DNA of 62,146 nt, filler included, from Circinaria calcarea (lineage: Eukaryota): NCBI GenBank assembly GCA_051942165.1. It is 5 parts of 5 records of this genome, joined end to end, with 100 filler letters (N's around TTAATTAATTAA, not from the genome) between each part and the next. Parts side by side here need not be neighbours in the genome. Positions count along the whole stretch, not along the records: positions 37,361 to 49,704 come from JAVECS010000579.1; 4 more parts are not named here. One strand, 5' to 3'. The notes beneath the pieces were generated by a model. It had not been told where the DNA came from. It ran no database searches and saw only the letters and a program-made list of their open reading frames with translations. Positions 38,064 to 49,804 of the stretch are shown here, piece after piece. Position numbers and translations under genes: made by a program. Each line of letters opens with the position of its first letter. Position 1 is the first letter of the stretch.

Positions 38064-40961
38064 TTAGCAAAGATAGACTCGATGCCGCAAGGGACGTGCT
38101 TGCTGAAAGGCGTCTACATGACACACACCAATGCCTAGTCGCCTTGCCGTGTAATCATCCAATGTAAGAATCATCATAACGTTATACATGCACCACGGTT
38201 TGGCCCGAAACCTTATTTCGTCAAATGCTTCTTTAGACTCCACTGGTCTCCGTGGGGTGGGTAATGGCAAAGGTTTGGTTGAGATCGCGTCACCATCATT
38301 TGTAGGTGGAGGGTACTTTGCTTCACGTAATGCAATATCACGATTCCCCGGTGTATTTTCAAAGACACCGTGCGTTCTTGAAAGAGCTAAAAGCTCAACT
38401 CGAAGCCCAGTGAAAGACTCCAGGTGCCCCCAGGCCGTTCGATCGGGGTGCACTAGAATTTGGTAAACAAAGTGAGGGGCTCGTATGTAACCGGCGTGGA
38501 ACCCATCATGGTCGAGTATAGGTACAGCACAACAATTCAGCGGAGCTGCGAGGTTTCACCTGAAGCCGTGCGTCCAGGCAAGGCTAAGCTCATATGCATG
38601 GGAGACAATTAACAGGGCTACTTTGGCTTCCATTATGAGAGTGCTGCTTTTAATGTCCATAATAGTCCTTGGAATACGATCTTCCTCCTTTTCGGTAGCA
38701 TGAAGGAAGAGAGTGTCTGTGTCCTGAGCCTCAGATTGAAGGCCAGAAAGCTCAAAGTGTTCGTTGAAGTGGCCAAGGCTTGTTTTGGTCCATTTCGTCT
38801 TCTTCTTGGCATCTAATCCACGATACTGGCCACTGGTGAACAATGTTGCCCGACACGGATCAAACCACTTGACCTTGCTAAATACCCGATATTGCCAGTT
38901 ATCGGCACTTGTGGGCGGCAAATGCCAGGTTACAGGACCATCCCAAGCGACCCAAGACCAGGATGGGAAGTTTTCAGGTCGCCCTCTTAAGTTACCAGCA
39001 GGAGCCCATAGTAATGCAAGGTCCAGTTCAGTGCTTGGTAGCCCATAAATAAATTCTCCTCGGAAGCTTGGCCGCAATATCTTCAAGATCCCAGCTACAG
39101 CATTTAGAGCATCAGCGTCGTATGATAACCTCCGGTGTGTATAGCGTTTCACTAGCAGTGCGTATCTTTGAAAGTTCAACTCAAGAGCAGGACTAGGGTG
39201 ATGCCCCATTTCAACGAGGTGGCGAAAGGTGCCTGATGGATTTTGCAGAGACTGGTCTGTAAAACCATCAACTCTGTCTTCTTCCCAAAGTCCACGTTCG
39301 CAGCGAAACCACAGCGCTTTGGTGCCAAATACCAAAGCTCTTCTTGCAAGGAGTATCTCTTGGAAGGTCCAACTTCTACTATTGTATGACGTGTTAAGGA
39401 TGCTTGGACACACGTAAGTATTAGCTAGCTTGATCCCCTGCACCATTTCTACATGCTGCGTTCTTCTGCGCGAGCCAACTCGAACGCCAGGAAGGCCAGC
39501 GTGAACGTCACTACCATGAGCTGCGACAATTACAGCAAAAGCTTGATGATATATGACGTCCATGTTCAAGATCTGATGATGCTTGAGATTTGCATCGTCT
39601 TGGATGATACACAATGAATCTACCCAGAGATATCGTTCTCCAACATTGGAGAGTAGCATCATCGCATTCCGAATGGTTTCCGGAATCCGCGGGTCGTTCA
39701 AGTCTAGTGAGTTATCTTGACTCAGCTGCTCTTGAGATTCCTTCCTGTTCGTAAAGGCTTGAGGCCCTCCCCAGAGATAGCTAAGAGCAAAATATCTGCA
39801 TGAATGGTCAATTCTAACCACGCAACAGCGATGCAGGTCGATTAACCGGAAGCCGTCTGGTGGACTCTTCGTGATGGAGGCTTCTTGTTCCGGACAACCG
39901 TGTAACCATGTTATTACGTTTTCAAGACTGACTTGCGGACCTACGAGACGTCCACCGAAAGGGTCCCCGGCTTCAGTGATCTTTTGGATATACACAAACT
40001 TGAGTTGGTTTGGCTTCGGAGTGCCTTGCGAAAGGCTTCCAAAGAAAACCGTGATTTCAATATCGAACATTCCAAGCTTGCTACTACGCCCTTTGTCTGA
40101 ATTCCTTATGAAGCAACCCCTGGCTCGATCGACGGCCTGATTTTGGTTCTCCTCTACATTATCACTGGCATGGTTAGATGATAAGTCCTCGACGCGGGTC
40201 CCATCATCAACGAGAATAGACTGTAATATCAGTCGACAAAAAGCGCACTCCTGATTGGCTAGCATATCTTCCATTGAGCATAATTTTAGACTCAATCGAG
40301 TCCTGTTTTTCTTGCTATAACCCACACCACTCTCGGCGCTGCAATGATCTTTATCCAGGGGTATATCCTCGGTGTCATTCTTAAGCCACAGGGGCCAATT
40401 CGCTCGCTCCGGCCGGAAAACGTTCTCCTCCAAAGTCTTCAGAACCCTTCTCATTTTCACCTCGGGACAGAAGTCTTCCTGCGAAATATCAAAATGACAA
40501 TCCATACCGAGACTTTGGCCATGAGACCAGAAAGTAATTCCGGGCGTTGGCATGAGTCTGTCTATGTGGCTTGTGCCATCATCATAGTATTGGTGAAGAT
40601 GGTCAAGTGTTTTGCTGAACATCTCGTCGCTGTTTTGCGTTTCGACAACTTTGTATTTCGATATGTCTATCTTATCCTCTGGGATCACTTCGTTGTTCGT
40701 GTCTTTGACCTCCCGCACAGCCACTGCAAACTTATCATAAGCCTCTTTTAAAGTCTTGAGGTTCTCTTCTTGAAGTTTGGCATAGGAACCGTCCAAGTCA
40801 TGCGAGAAGAGCCATTCAAAGTTGTAACGACGACAGTTCTGACATAGATAGGACGGATGGTCTTGAGGTAAGGATGGAGGGTTTTGTACTATCCATGGTG
40901 GTGCTAAGGGAATAACATGGAGCACCCGTCGCGCCATGTCGCCGTCAATTCGTAGCGACAT
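38064..40961 (-). CDS. HET-domain (heterokaryon incompatibility, TOL-like) protein interrupted by one in-frame TGA at 38558-38556
   Basis: 'RLID..YFALSYLWG', 'YLWVDSLCIIQDD', 'MDVIY', 'SRSWTFQE', 'FPSWSW'. The same frame continues past the TGA to 38064 with 'ILDHDGFHAGYI', 'LLALSRT', 'WCMYNVMMI', 'RRLGIG..HVDAF'. Confidence 0.88.
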
Positions 40962-43188
40962 AGCTTGCTATTTAAAAACTTATCATGAAGGAACCCTAAC
41001 TGATCTAGAAATTATCGATTGCATTAGAGCAGAAAGTAGTATTGCAGGTCTAAAAACCAGAAGCAGTGGAGGACGGCTAGCAAGCGCTTATAGCCTCCGC
41101 ATAGACGTTTTGCATTTATGGCGCAGGAGATTGCAGTACTTTGAAAAAGTAAGACACGCAGATTAGTGCCAGGCCAATAGTAGCTCTGAAAGTACCATGA
41201 CACTGTGTCAAAATTTTGGATTGCCTCCGTGAACGGAAGTTACGTGTGAAAAGCTCGAAAGTCAGGAAACACCAAGCAGCCATGGTTACCGGAGCCTGCT
41301 GCTGCACAGAGCTCCCCAAAATATGCCTCTAAAGATTGCTCTAGAAGTTGCGCACAAGGGAGTCGAAGGTGAGTCGGTACGACTGCAAAGCCACTCCGAA
41401 AGAATTCTCGGAGAAAGCGCACGACATGATATTGTAAGATACGTTTACCCAATCCTAAAATCCAACCCAAAACCGGCTAAGATTTGAACTCCGTGGGTTA
41501 AGGATTTATAGTTGGTAGGGGAGCTATCAAGTAGTAATGCCAACCTTCAGGTACGTGGTGGATGGCTAGAAATATGCCACCGACAGAAGTTACGGGTTCG
41601 ATTGGCCATGACTGCAGAGAGGCTCATACAAGTAGTCCAATATTAGTAGGACGTTGCCTCAGAAGCACATCTTTCTGCGAAATACCCTCTACCCGTTACC
41701 AACCCTAATAGCGGTCAGCATTCAATGAGACTTACATAAACCATCATAACAGCTATATAGACAGACATCCCTCGATCACATTGACAGCAAATCTCATGGC
41801 TATTTGGAGAAGAAGAACATTGCGATAGCTCTCTTGGCCTCCAACATTCCGTATTTGACAAAATCATGTGCAGAAGAGCTGAAATTGACACTCAGACACA
41901 GCCACTCAGCGTAGTCCTTCTCGAAGGCGAGTTCCGCAACTTGATGACTGCCGGCAGAGGGCTCGTGTTCGGGCAATTGCATATTTTCCCCCGAGGTTCC
42001 CATAACGTGGTATCGATTTGTAAAATGTTTGAGAGTCCAAGCAAACCGGCGGTGTAAAATGCTATTCCTGCATATTCCATCGCCTGGGGGGCCTCGTAGT
42101 AATGTGAATCCTGCTGTATCCCAGTTGCAGCTACGGACAAGTGCTTAGTATTCCCCGACCGCGTATGCACACGTGGCAGTATTACTAGAGACTACTGAGT
42201 CTCGGCACGTCAAGCGTCTTGGCTGTTTAGTGAATAATATACTCATACCGTTGAGACTCAAGCTGAAGCTGCTCGCAAGTCGTCCAAGAATTGACGCTAG
42301 TAGAATTGATAATTTGCCTTCCCCAATCATGAGCATTAGGTGCTCGTATCGGCTCCCGTAAATATCTACGGGAGCCGTTTACCACGCGTACACAATAGCG
42401 CCCCGTATTAGGGGTATTCAACCTACATTCTTCAGTGTAAACATACGAGTCAGCTACATCAGGCGGTAAGACTAGGTATCACGCTGTTCCGATGTCGAGA
42501 CCCATTCAGTCGTACTGGACGAGAACGATGGTATCACTTACTATGAACTTGTGAACCTATGAGCGCGGAATTAATACCATTGCTCCTTGGAATGCCTAGT
42601 GATATATCTCCCTCAAAGTTAGGACACTTCAAAGCTCACCCTAGCACTAAGAACCGACTACGACATCATTCCTTTGTTTTGTAATCTGTAGGCTGCCTGA
42701 TTGCGGTCAGAATACATAGAAACCGTGAGCTGCAGGTAATAGTTACACAAAGTTTGTCACATGATTTCTTCCAAAGCTTATTCCGATTGGTGATCACTCA
42801 AAATATCTTCTCGTATAGCAAGCCAATTTGCTTGAGTTACTTGTAAGCAATCATTACTTTTGGCGACTGGAAGACTGACACAGGACGGGCTTTTCATCCG
42901 CTAGCAAGTCTTTCTCTTTCCCAAGACTCCAGCGAGTTGATCAGCCAATAATTGGAAAGTATTTCTCGTCTTGCCCATTGGAAGAGTCCACCGCGGCATT
43001 CCTGGACCTCTACGTCGTGTGATGAAGGTCAACTCGTATTGTACGTTACGCGGTTTGCTGCCTCGATACGACGGTGAGGCCAGCTTATATATAGCGCATC
43101 ATAATTTCTATTATCAAATTTTCAAGTTAAAGGCTAGGCAGCTGTCATGTCAGACCTTGAAGGATCCGATGCGGCTACCTTCTGAGGG

Positions 43189-43196
43189 TATATAAA
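43189..43196 (+). promoter_or_regulatory. TATA box of the small secreted protein gene
   Basis: TATATAAA about 120 bp upstream of the ATG at 43311, followed by a CT-rich leader. Confidence 0.6.
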
Positions 43197-43310
43197 GGCT
43201 GCGTCGGTCACTGTCTCTTTCTCTGCATTCGAACATCACACATCACTCAGATAAAATCCCAAAGCTGAATCATTTCCATTCAATCTTCTCCAATCTATCA
43301 ACTAGCCAAC

Positions 43311-43755
43311 ATGAAGACCTTCGCCATCTCCGCCGCTCTTACTCTCCTCGCTGGCCTTGTCAGTGCCGCCCCTGCGCCTGCACCTGCATCCTGCGTTCAA
43401 GTCACCTTCCAGGGTGCTCCCCCGGATGTTGCCTTTTACACCCGATGCATTCCCACTAATGGCTCCCTCACCACTCTCAGTACGTCTTTCTTATCTCCTG
43501 TGCAGCAATCACAGTCTCCTTTGCGCCACCTATAATCCCTACCTCCCAAATGTCCATGCCTGCTGTAAGTATGTATAGGAAATGCTAATTATGGTTGCAG
43601 ACGACCCCTTGAGCATCTCTCACATCGTCGTCAACGGCCATGCCAACTGCTACTTCTTCGGTGTTGATGGCAGCTTCACGGCTGTTGGTCCTTTCCAGAC
43701 CGTTGATGTTGGGCCACCCCAGACCCAGGTTTCCGGCTACTGCCTCAGTGCTTGA
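43311..43755 (+). CDS. Small secreted cysteine-containing protein (about 107 aa)
   Basis: Signal peptide MKTFAISAALTLLAGLVSA; intron 43480-43600; exon 2 'NDPLSISHIVVNGHANCYFFGVDGSFTAVGPFQTVDVGPPQTQVSGYCLSA'; four Cys; strong C-ending codon bias. Confidence 0.85.
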
Positions 43756-44650
43756 TTCGGGAAAAAGATTTTGAGCAGGCGGTGAAGTTGAGAGGAAGAT
43801 GGAGAACTGGAGGAGTTTGGGGGTTAGAGCTAGGAGGAGGCATTAAAGACTGGAGGTGGAGATGATAGAACAGACATTTCCATTCTGGGGTATGGCGTGG
43901 CGTTGGGTACCTTGGAATGAATCCACTCTTTTTTCGTCAAGTGGTCGCGGTTTATTGGAAGGAGTATTTACTTACATAGTCATCAAGTAAAATTCAATGA
44001 CTATACTCCTGCAAAGTTGCTACATCTCGGTATTCTTGGACTTAATCAATTTCAAGTAGGAATACTAAGTATTGATTTGTTTTCTGAAACTACTATTATT
44101 TACTTTTAGCGATAGCTTTATATGATTCCGGTTAAAATTCAAACCTATCTCGCTTAAACCTTTTTATTAGACCCTCCCCAAAAAAAGTTTGCCAAGTAAT
44201 CAGCTTGAATCGAAACCAGATCCTGCTGCTCCAAAAAAAAAAAAAAAAAAATTGGTCCGGCAAGGCATGCCTTATTGGATAAGATTATACTGGGGACCCC
44301 GAGAGGTGGCGAGTATCGCTCAATTCGGAAAGCTAGGTAAGCTTAATGGAATATAAACATCCTCTACACCAACAGCAACCACCCAACCGGTTAAGATTCT
44401 AGTGTCTTGTAATAAGATATAAATCCAGCTTTCAGATTTTCCAGAGGACCAGTGAGTTTCTCTAAGGGAGATTTTCGCTTAAATCACGGTCATTATTATC
44501 AACAATTACAGGGAGAAAGGGCGAGGTAGTATGAAAGTGATAATAATTACATTAATGTAAGTTACAAAAGTCACCTACTGTCTATTCGCCTTCCAAGTCA
44601 TGCATTTACAGACAGTCTATCTCTCCAACCGTCCTCGGAGCAAAGTCCTG

Positions 44651-44833
44651 CTAGCCGTGCAAATTATCGTCCTCCCGCCTCTTCCGCATTGATTCGTTCG
44701 AATCCGGCATCTCGAGGATGAGCCGTCGGTATGAGAAGCAGTCTATGCAGTTGACGGTGTAATGACTGCACGCTGCGCACCACACCTGCGCACTGGTGTT
44801 GATAGCCCCACAAAAACAACAGCACCAAGACAT
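44651..44833 (-). CDS. Putative Cys-rich zinc-ribbon microprotein (60 aa)
   Basis: CAACATG start; 'WCCCFCGAINTSAQVWCAACSHYTVNCIDC' fits a RanBP2-like W-x-C-x2-C-x3-N-x6-C-x2-C pattern. Confidence 0.5.
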   Translation of the reverse strand: MSWCCCFCGAINTSAQVWCAACSHYTVNCIDCFSYRRLILEMPDSNESMRKRREDDNLHG

Positions 44834-46210
44834 GTTGACGCTCTTGAGTTTGATGAGTTGATTCTGCGTAAGATGGGGCTACAGATTTTCTGGGATTGCT
44901 GACTGGGTTGGAGAAGAATGCGGAAAGGCTTGAGCTTCGAAGAGTTTACTGAAGCTGTGTGACCGGGTGAGTAGGATTGAAGTATTGGTGGTTCGAATCT
45001 TCGATAGCTGCAGGGTTGACTAGGTTCGAGAAACCTGAGCCTGTTTATCTGGAGTCGGAGACAAAGACATTAAAGTCGCTTTGTTACTGATGCGGCACGA
45101 ATACAATGGAGCATTACGCTTTGAACGCAATAATGAATCGAAGGATCGTGTCATGGAGCTCAAAGTTCGCAACTGGGTTCACAGTCACAATAAGAGATCC
45201 GAGCTAAGGCAGCTCGAAACGAAAGGTATGGGTGAGCCTCGCGCGTGATCCCAAGTGATCATGGGGCACCGTTTCCCTTTCGAAAGGCAGCAAGTGACAG
45301 ATGAAAGTACGAGCAGTTAGACATTTTTTACTTCGACTTCGAACCATTTTGAGCATAGCAGTCAGACAGAGACAACGCTGGCGCATAAATCAAGATTTAC
45401 TGTCTAAGAGATCTATTTGCGCAGAACACCTCGATCTTTGGCAAGCTCGCAAAGTATTTCTAGAAGATAAGCCTATTCTTAGACGGAGAACTAGCAGATC
45501 ATCATGCTATTACTACTCCCGGTGCATGTCTATGGGAAACATTGACATTCTCAAAGATATAAGATTAGGTGACACCGCATGCAAACGTCGGCTGTCTTGT
45601 AAAAGGGTGCGAAGAGCTTCGACGGAAGGCAAAGGCGCTTAGAATCATCGCTGTAGACGCGCTTAGCCGCCAGAATTAGATCTGCCCAGCTTCTTTACTA
45701 CCACCCTTCTCAGCAATTACTGGTGCTGCCAGTCGATGGAAGTGTGACTGTCCTCACTATGTGGTGCAACCAGCCTGTAGTACTATTATGGTACTGCGCA
45801 AACTAAATCAAGCGCTACTTTGGCTGACAAAAGTCTTTGTAAGAGTAAATCTTCTTTCTCTCTGCATCCTATCATGACTGAGAGCGTTACTCCTTGTGAG
45901 CTCAATGCGGTGTGTCTGATTTCCTTAGAAGATGTAGTTATTGAATAGATCGCCTCTTTACACCTATTGAAGATCGGCGCTGCAGTTCCGCCAAAATCTT
46001 TAATGCTGAAACGTATATCATGGAACCAAACATAGCTGTGGAAGTTTTTTGATTGCATTTGAAGAAAAGGGACTGGGTGCAATTTGGATATCCGCAAGGG
46101 TACTGAATGGGACACTTAGCTGTGATCCGAGTCAAGCTGCATAGACCCATTATCTACGTTAAACGTCTGATTCCCATTAGATATATATTTTGATAGTACC
46201 CTAAATTTCT

Positions 46211-46355
46211 ATCGGCATCATTGGCTCAATGGGTAGGGTGGGTTGATACACTATGGGATAAGTTCCTTGTGTAATTGTTCGTAACCATAGTGTTCAGCTT
46301 AACTTGTCCAAGGGGCAGTGGGTTCGATTCCCAGGTGCTGATCCACCACTTTTTT
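46211..46355 (+). ncRNA. tRNA-like RNA polymerase III locus with a long hairpin replacing the anticodon arm
   Basis: A-box TGGCTCAATGG (46222-46232), B-box GGTTCGATTCC (46321-46331), terminal stem ATCGGCATC/GGTGCTGAT, T6 terminator 46350-46355, TATA-like ATATATAT at 46181. Confidence 0.7.
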
Positions 46356-47149
46356 GCACCTTAGAGCCAATATTTTTTTGGAACTTTTTTATTCGTTTAT
46401 TGGGCGGCTGATTTGCTACCCCTTTTTTCGTACTTTATTTTCTCTTTGGATTTAAGGCAATACTTACGTCAACATAGGAAGGGGGAAAATTGCCCAAGTG
46501 TTAGAGGCATCTTATTCTAGGTCTGTACGTGTTTTTGATCTACGAGCTACCATTTGACCGCCCTGGACTTGCTACGGATCACGTATTTGTATTAGATCAA
46601 AATCTCATCATACAGGTAACGCCTGGAGTTTGGATGTCGGTCAACCAGGCTTAGGTTTATGGAGGTCATGTAATAGCTATTTGGTGGTTTCTATCGTTAC
46701 ATTATGTTATCTTTAAGCCCATCCATATTTACTGCAGATACGAAGTTCGGGCAAGCAAGCAGAGCTATAATTTACGGGCAGCAAAGATAAGATTTGATGA
46801 ATCGGGGTAAATAGCTTCAGTTCATTGTATTTTGATTGTATCATATTACAGAATTCGAAAACTAGGCCCTTTTCTCTTGACAGGAGTATATCTCAAGGAT
46901 CTCGCTCAACGCTCCTACGTGCACTGTCTTTTGTCGAGTCAGCCCTCATTCACCTATCACGTCTTCCCTAACACAAGAGTCATAGTGTTCGATGCGCAGG
47001 TGCGGAGCATTTGTTGCAAGCCTTCTACTCTCTTCATCGCTGTTTCTCAACCACTTCGATCTCAGCCGATCTATCTACCGACGCGAGATGTATTGACCGT
47101 CACAGATTTCTAACTCTTCACTGAAACTTTGAGATTACAACACTCAATC

Positions 47150-48049
47150 ATGACGGCACTACCACTGTACGCGTCTCAGTGGATTACTTTAGCTGCCTCA
47201 GCATCACCACGTTCAAGACACCCAAACCATAAATTACCATTTGGAAAAGGAAACCAGCTGCTTCCATCCCGGGTGGACACCATTGAGTCCAAAGCGAGAT
47301 CCTACGACTTGGTCGACGCCCTAGATGAAGTCGTTTCCTCCGGCGTGGCTGAGGAATGGCCAAAGCCAAGCCGCCATTTCCCGGGCGGTTCTCCATATAT
47401 CGTTTGGTACTATTCGCCTTCACCTCGCGCCTGGAATCCAAGATCAGAACCGCACGAGTGGTCCTGGCCCGTTTGGATTAGTCGGGCGTTTCTCGATGGA
47501 AATCTAGGATGGATCGAGGCTTCCAACGGTCGTCCAGCGCATGTCAAGATCAATATCGAAAGGGACGACTTGTTAGAATACTTCGCTGGCGATGAGAAGC
47601 GGGCCGCCACGGCAGCTGGTGCCCGGCATGCTTGGAAAATTCCCACAATTAGGATTGATAGGCTAACTGACTGTGGTGGCAAACCGGAGGCAAAGGAAAC
47701 AAATAAATGCAAGGTATCTAATACCGTCAAACTTCCCCAAAATACTCAAGAAAAAGCCGTTCCCCGTCTGACACCAGATTTCTTTAAGGTCCCGATGGAC
47801 GAGCGAGGCGATGCAGAAACAGAATTTAAGGTGGAACTAGAGGGAGAAGAAGGTTCGCGTATATCACCTACAGTGTATGCCAACGGAATCACCATAAGCG
47901 AAGATCGGGAAGATGACAATTGGCTCATACTGGATGAAGACGATTATGCAGAGTCATGGGAGAGGGTGTCAAGACGTCCCACTAGGTGTGGCGGCGATAT
48001 TTGGCAGAGGTTGCCCCAGCGGGAGCAAAGGAATGAAACGCATCACTGA
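47150..48049 (+). CDS. Hypothetical protein
   Basis: About 300-aa uninterrupted ORF (first ATG 47150); no recognised domain. Confidence 0.5.
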   Translation: MTALPLYASQWITLAASASPRSRHPNHKLPFGKGNQLLPSRVDTIESKARSYDLVDALDEVVSSGVAEEWPKPSRHFPGGSPYIVWYYSPSPRAWNPRSEPHEWSWPVWISRAFLDGNLGWIEASNGRPAHVKINIERDDLLEYFAGDEKRAATAAGARHAWKIPTIRIDRLTDCGGKPEAKETNKCKVSNTVKLPQNTQEKAVPRLTPDFFKVPMDERGDAETEFKVELEGEEGSRISPTVYANGITISEDREDDNWLILDEDDYAESWERVSRRPTRCGGDIWQRLPQREQRNETHH

Positions 48050-48296
48050 TTGATGATGCAAAGCGTCCAGCCTACATGTATTTTGAAGATCTGAACGGGG
48101 TTTCCGAAAGCCTGCAGTATGCTTCAACTGCGGGGCTTATTTTTCATAATGTATGCTCATTGGAAATCTTACGGATTTTATGTCCTAATTGAAGCATGCC
48201 ATTGTGAATTCATTTCCCACAAATGCAAGTGCCTTGTGCTAGAGTAGCGTAGCTCCTATTATTCGGACTGCAAAGCTCCCTTTCCAAACAAGCCAC

Positions 48297-48982
48297 TTAA
48301 CGCTTCTTCTGTTGGGACTCCTTTAGGACTTTCTTTACAATCTTCTGCTCTTCAATCAAAAACGCCCGCACAACCCTGTCCTTTACACAATTCGAACATC
48401 TCGATCCTCCGTATGCACGCTGGACGGTCTTCTTGGGTCTGGAGATCTGGGAGTATTCGCGAGGTCGGAGAGCGGGGATCTGTAAGTGAGCGACTGGTTA
48501 GCTTACGAACTTGTAATCCATAGCGGGCAAATCGAACGAGCATGAAGCTGGGTCGATGATGTCCATGTTCTTCCATTAGACCGAAGCCCTGTTCTCGAGT
48601 CCTAGCATGCTGGTCATTCATCTCCTCTGTCTAATCCTCCGAACGCCGTCTCTTGAGTATACCATCAGACTAGAGAAGGAACACCTACGCCGGGAAGTTT
48701 GATGCCACAGTCTCCACATTTGGGCGGGCTACCCTTCTTCTTGATGTGCAGGTATCGTAGCTCCCCTCCAGGGGTCTTGATCACGCGGACTTTGTTAGAT
48801 CGTGTGTTGTATCTGAAGACATAGGTGAAGTTAGGTAACTTCGCCCATCTCGCGCAGAAAAAAGGTGGTTATGATTCGTCACTTACGGATTCCTCCGGCG
48901 CTACGAGCCTCCTGTCAGCGGTGTAAACTTGCATTTGAAGCAAAGCATCAGCACTTACGTATGTGAGACGATTAGACGCCAT
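48297..48982 (-). CDS. RPL34: 60S ribosomal protein eL34
   Basis: Exons 48982-48959, 48900-48887, 48812-48689, 48479-48297 give [29 protein letters not shown]...[71 protein letters not shown]. Confidence 0.97.
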
Positions 48983-49353
48983 AACGACTCAATAGCACCC
49001 TGTGTGGGGGTTGGAATCAGTTTTGCGAGAATTCGCAGTCTTTGAGTTTGACGTTGCTGAATTGTCGACTCGGTTTGTGGGAGCTAGGGCTGGAAAGGCT
49101 TAGCCCAAAATTAGCGCGATCTGCGAAACATCGAGAAGAAGAGGTGCCACTTTTTTCTTGATGATACTCACCTGTGCTCAAACTCATCGATGCGACGGAG
49201 TGAGAAGCAGTGACTGCTTTGACCTGTTGTGCATGAGGCTTTTTGAAGTTCTTATTTGTGCCAGGCAGCTTCAACGCCTCATTCCATCACCGCCCTGAGG
49301 AGTGGCCTCACTTGTACTCATTTGAAAGCCAGACACCGAAACAACCCATCAAA

Positions 49354-49704
49354 ATGTCTTCCCTCCCACCTCCTCCACCGCCCGGATGGGGCGCTCCAGC
49401 TCCACCATCTATGTCTTTAGCTCCACCGCCTCCTGGCTACCGACCACCAGCAGATCCTCAGGTTGCAAAGTTCGCCCAAAAGAAAAAGGAATGGTTACGA
49501 TCGCAGCGAAACCGCTTCGGCGAAAAGCGGAAAGCTGGTTTTGTCGAAACTCAGAAGGCCGATATGCCACCGGAGCATCTGCGGAAGATCGTCAAGGATA
49601 TTGGAGATGTGTCGCAGAAGAAGTTTAGCAGCGATAAGAGGAGTTACCTTGGGGCCTTGAAGTTCATGCCTCATGCTGTACTGAAACTACTCGAAAACAT
49701 GCCT
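49354..49704 (+). CDS. PRP8: Pre-mRNA splicing factor Prp8, 5' fragment truncated by the contig end
   Basis: '[53 protein letters not shown]' (PRO8NT region) after a Pro-rich N-terminus. Confidence 0.96.
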
Positions 49705-49804
49705 NNNNNNNNNNNNNNNNNNNNNNNNNNNNNNNNNNNNNNNNNNNNTTAATTAATTAANNNNNNNNNNNNNNNNNNNNNNNNNNNNNNNNNNNNNNNN
49801 NNNN
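49705..49804. other. Artificial contig linker
   Basis: N44-TTAATTAATTAA-N44. Confidence 0.98.

Noticed and set aside
46211..46343. Selenocysteine tRNA (9/4 fold) decoding the in-frame TGA of the HET gene on the same contig
   Set aside because: No UCA anticodon in a loop, 4-bp rather than extended D-stem, discriminator is not G, and ascomycetes are not known to have Sec machinery.
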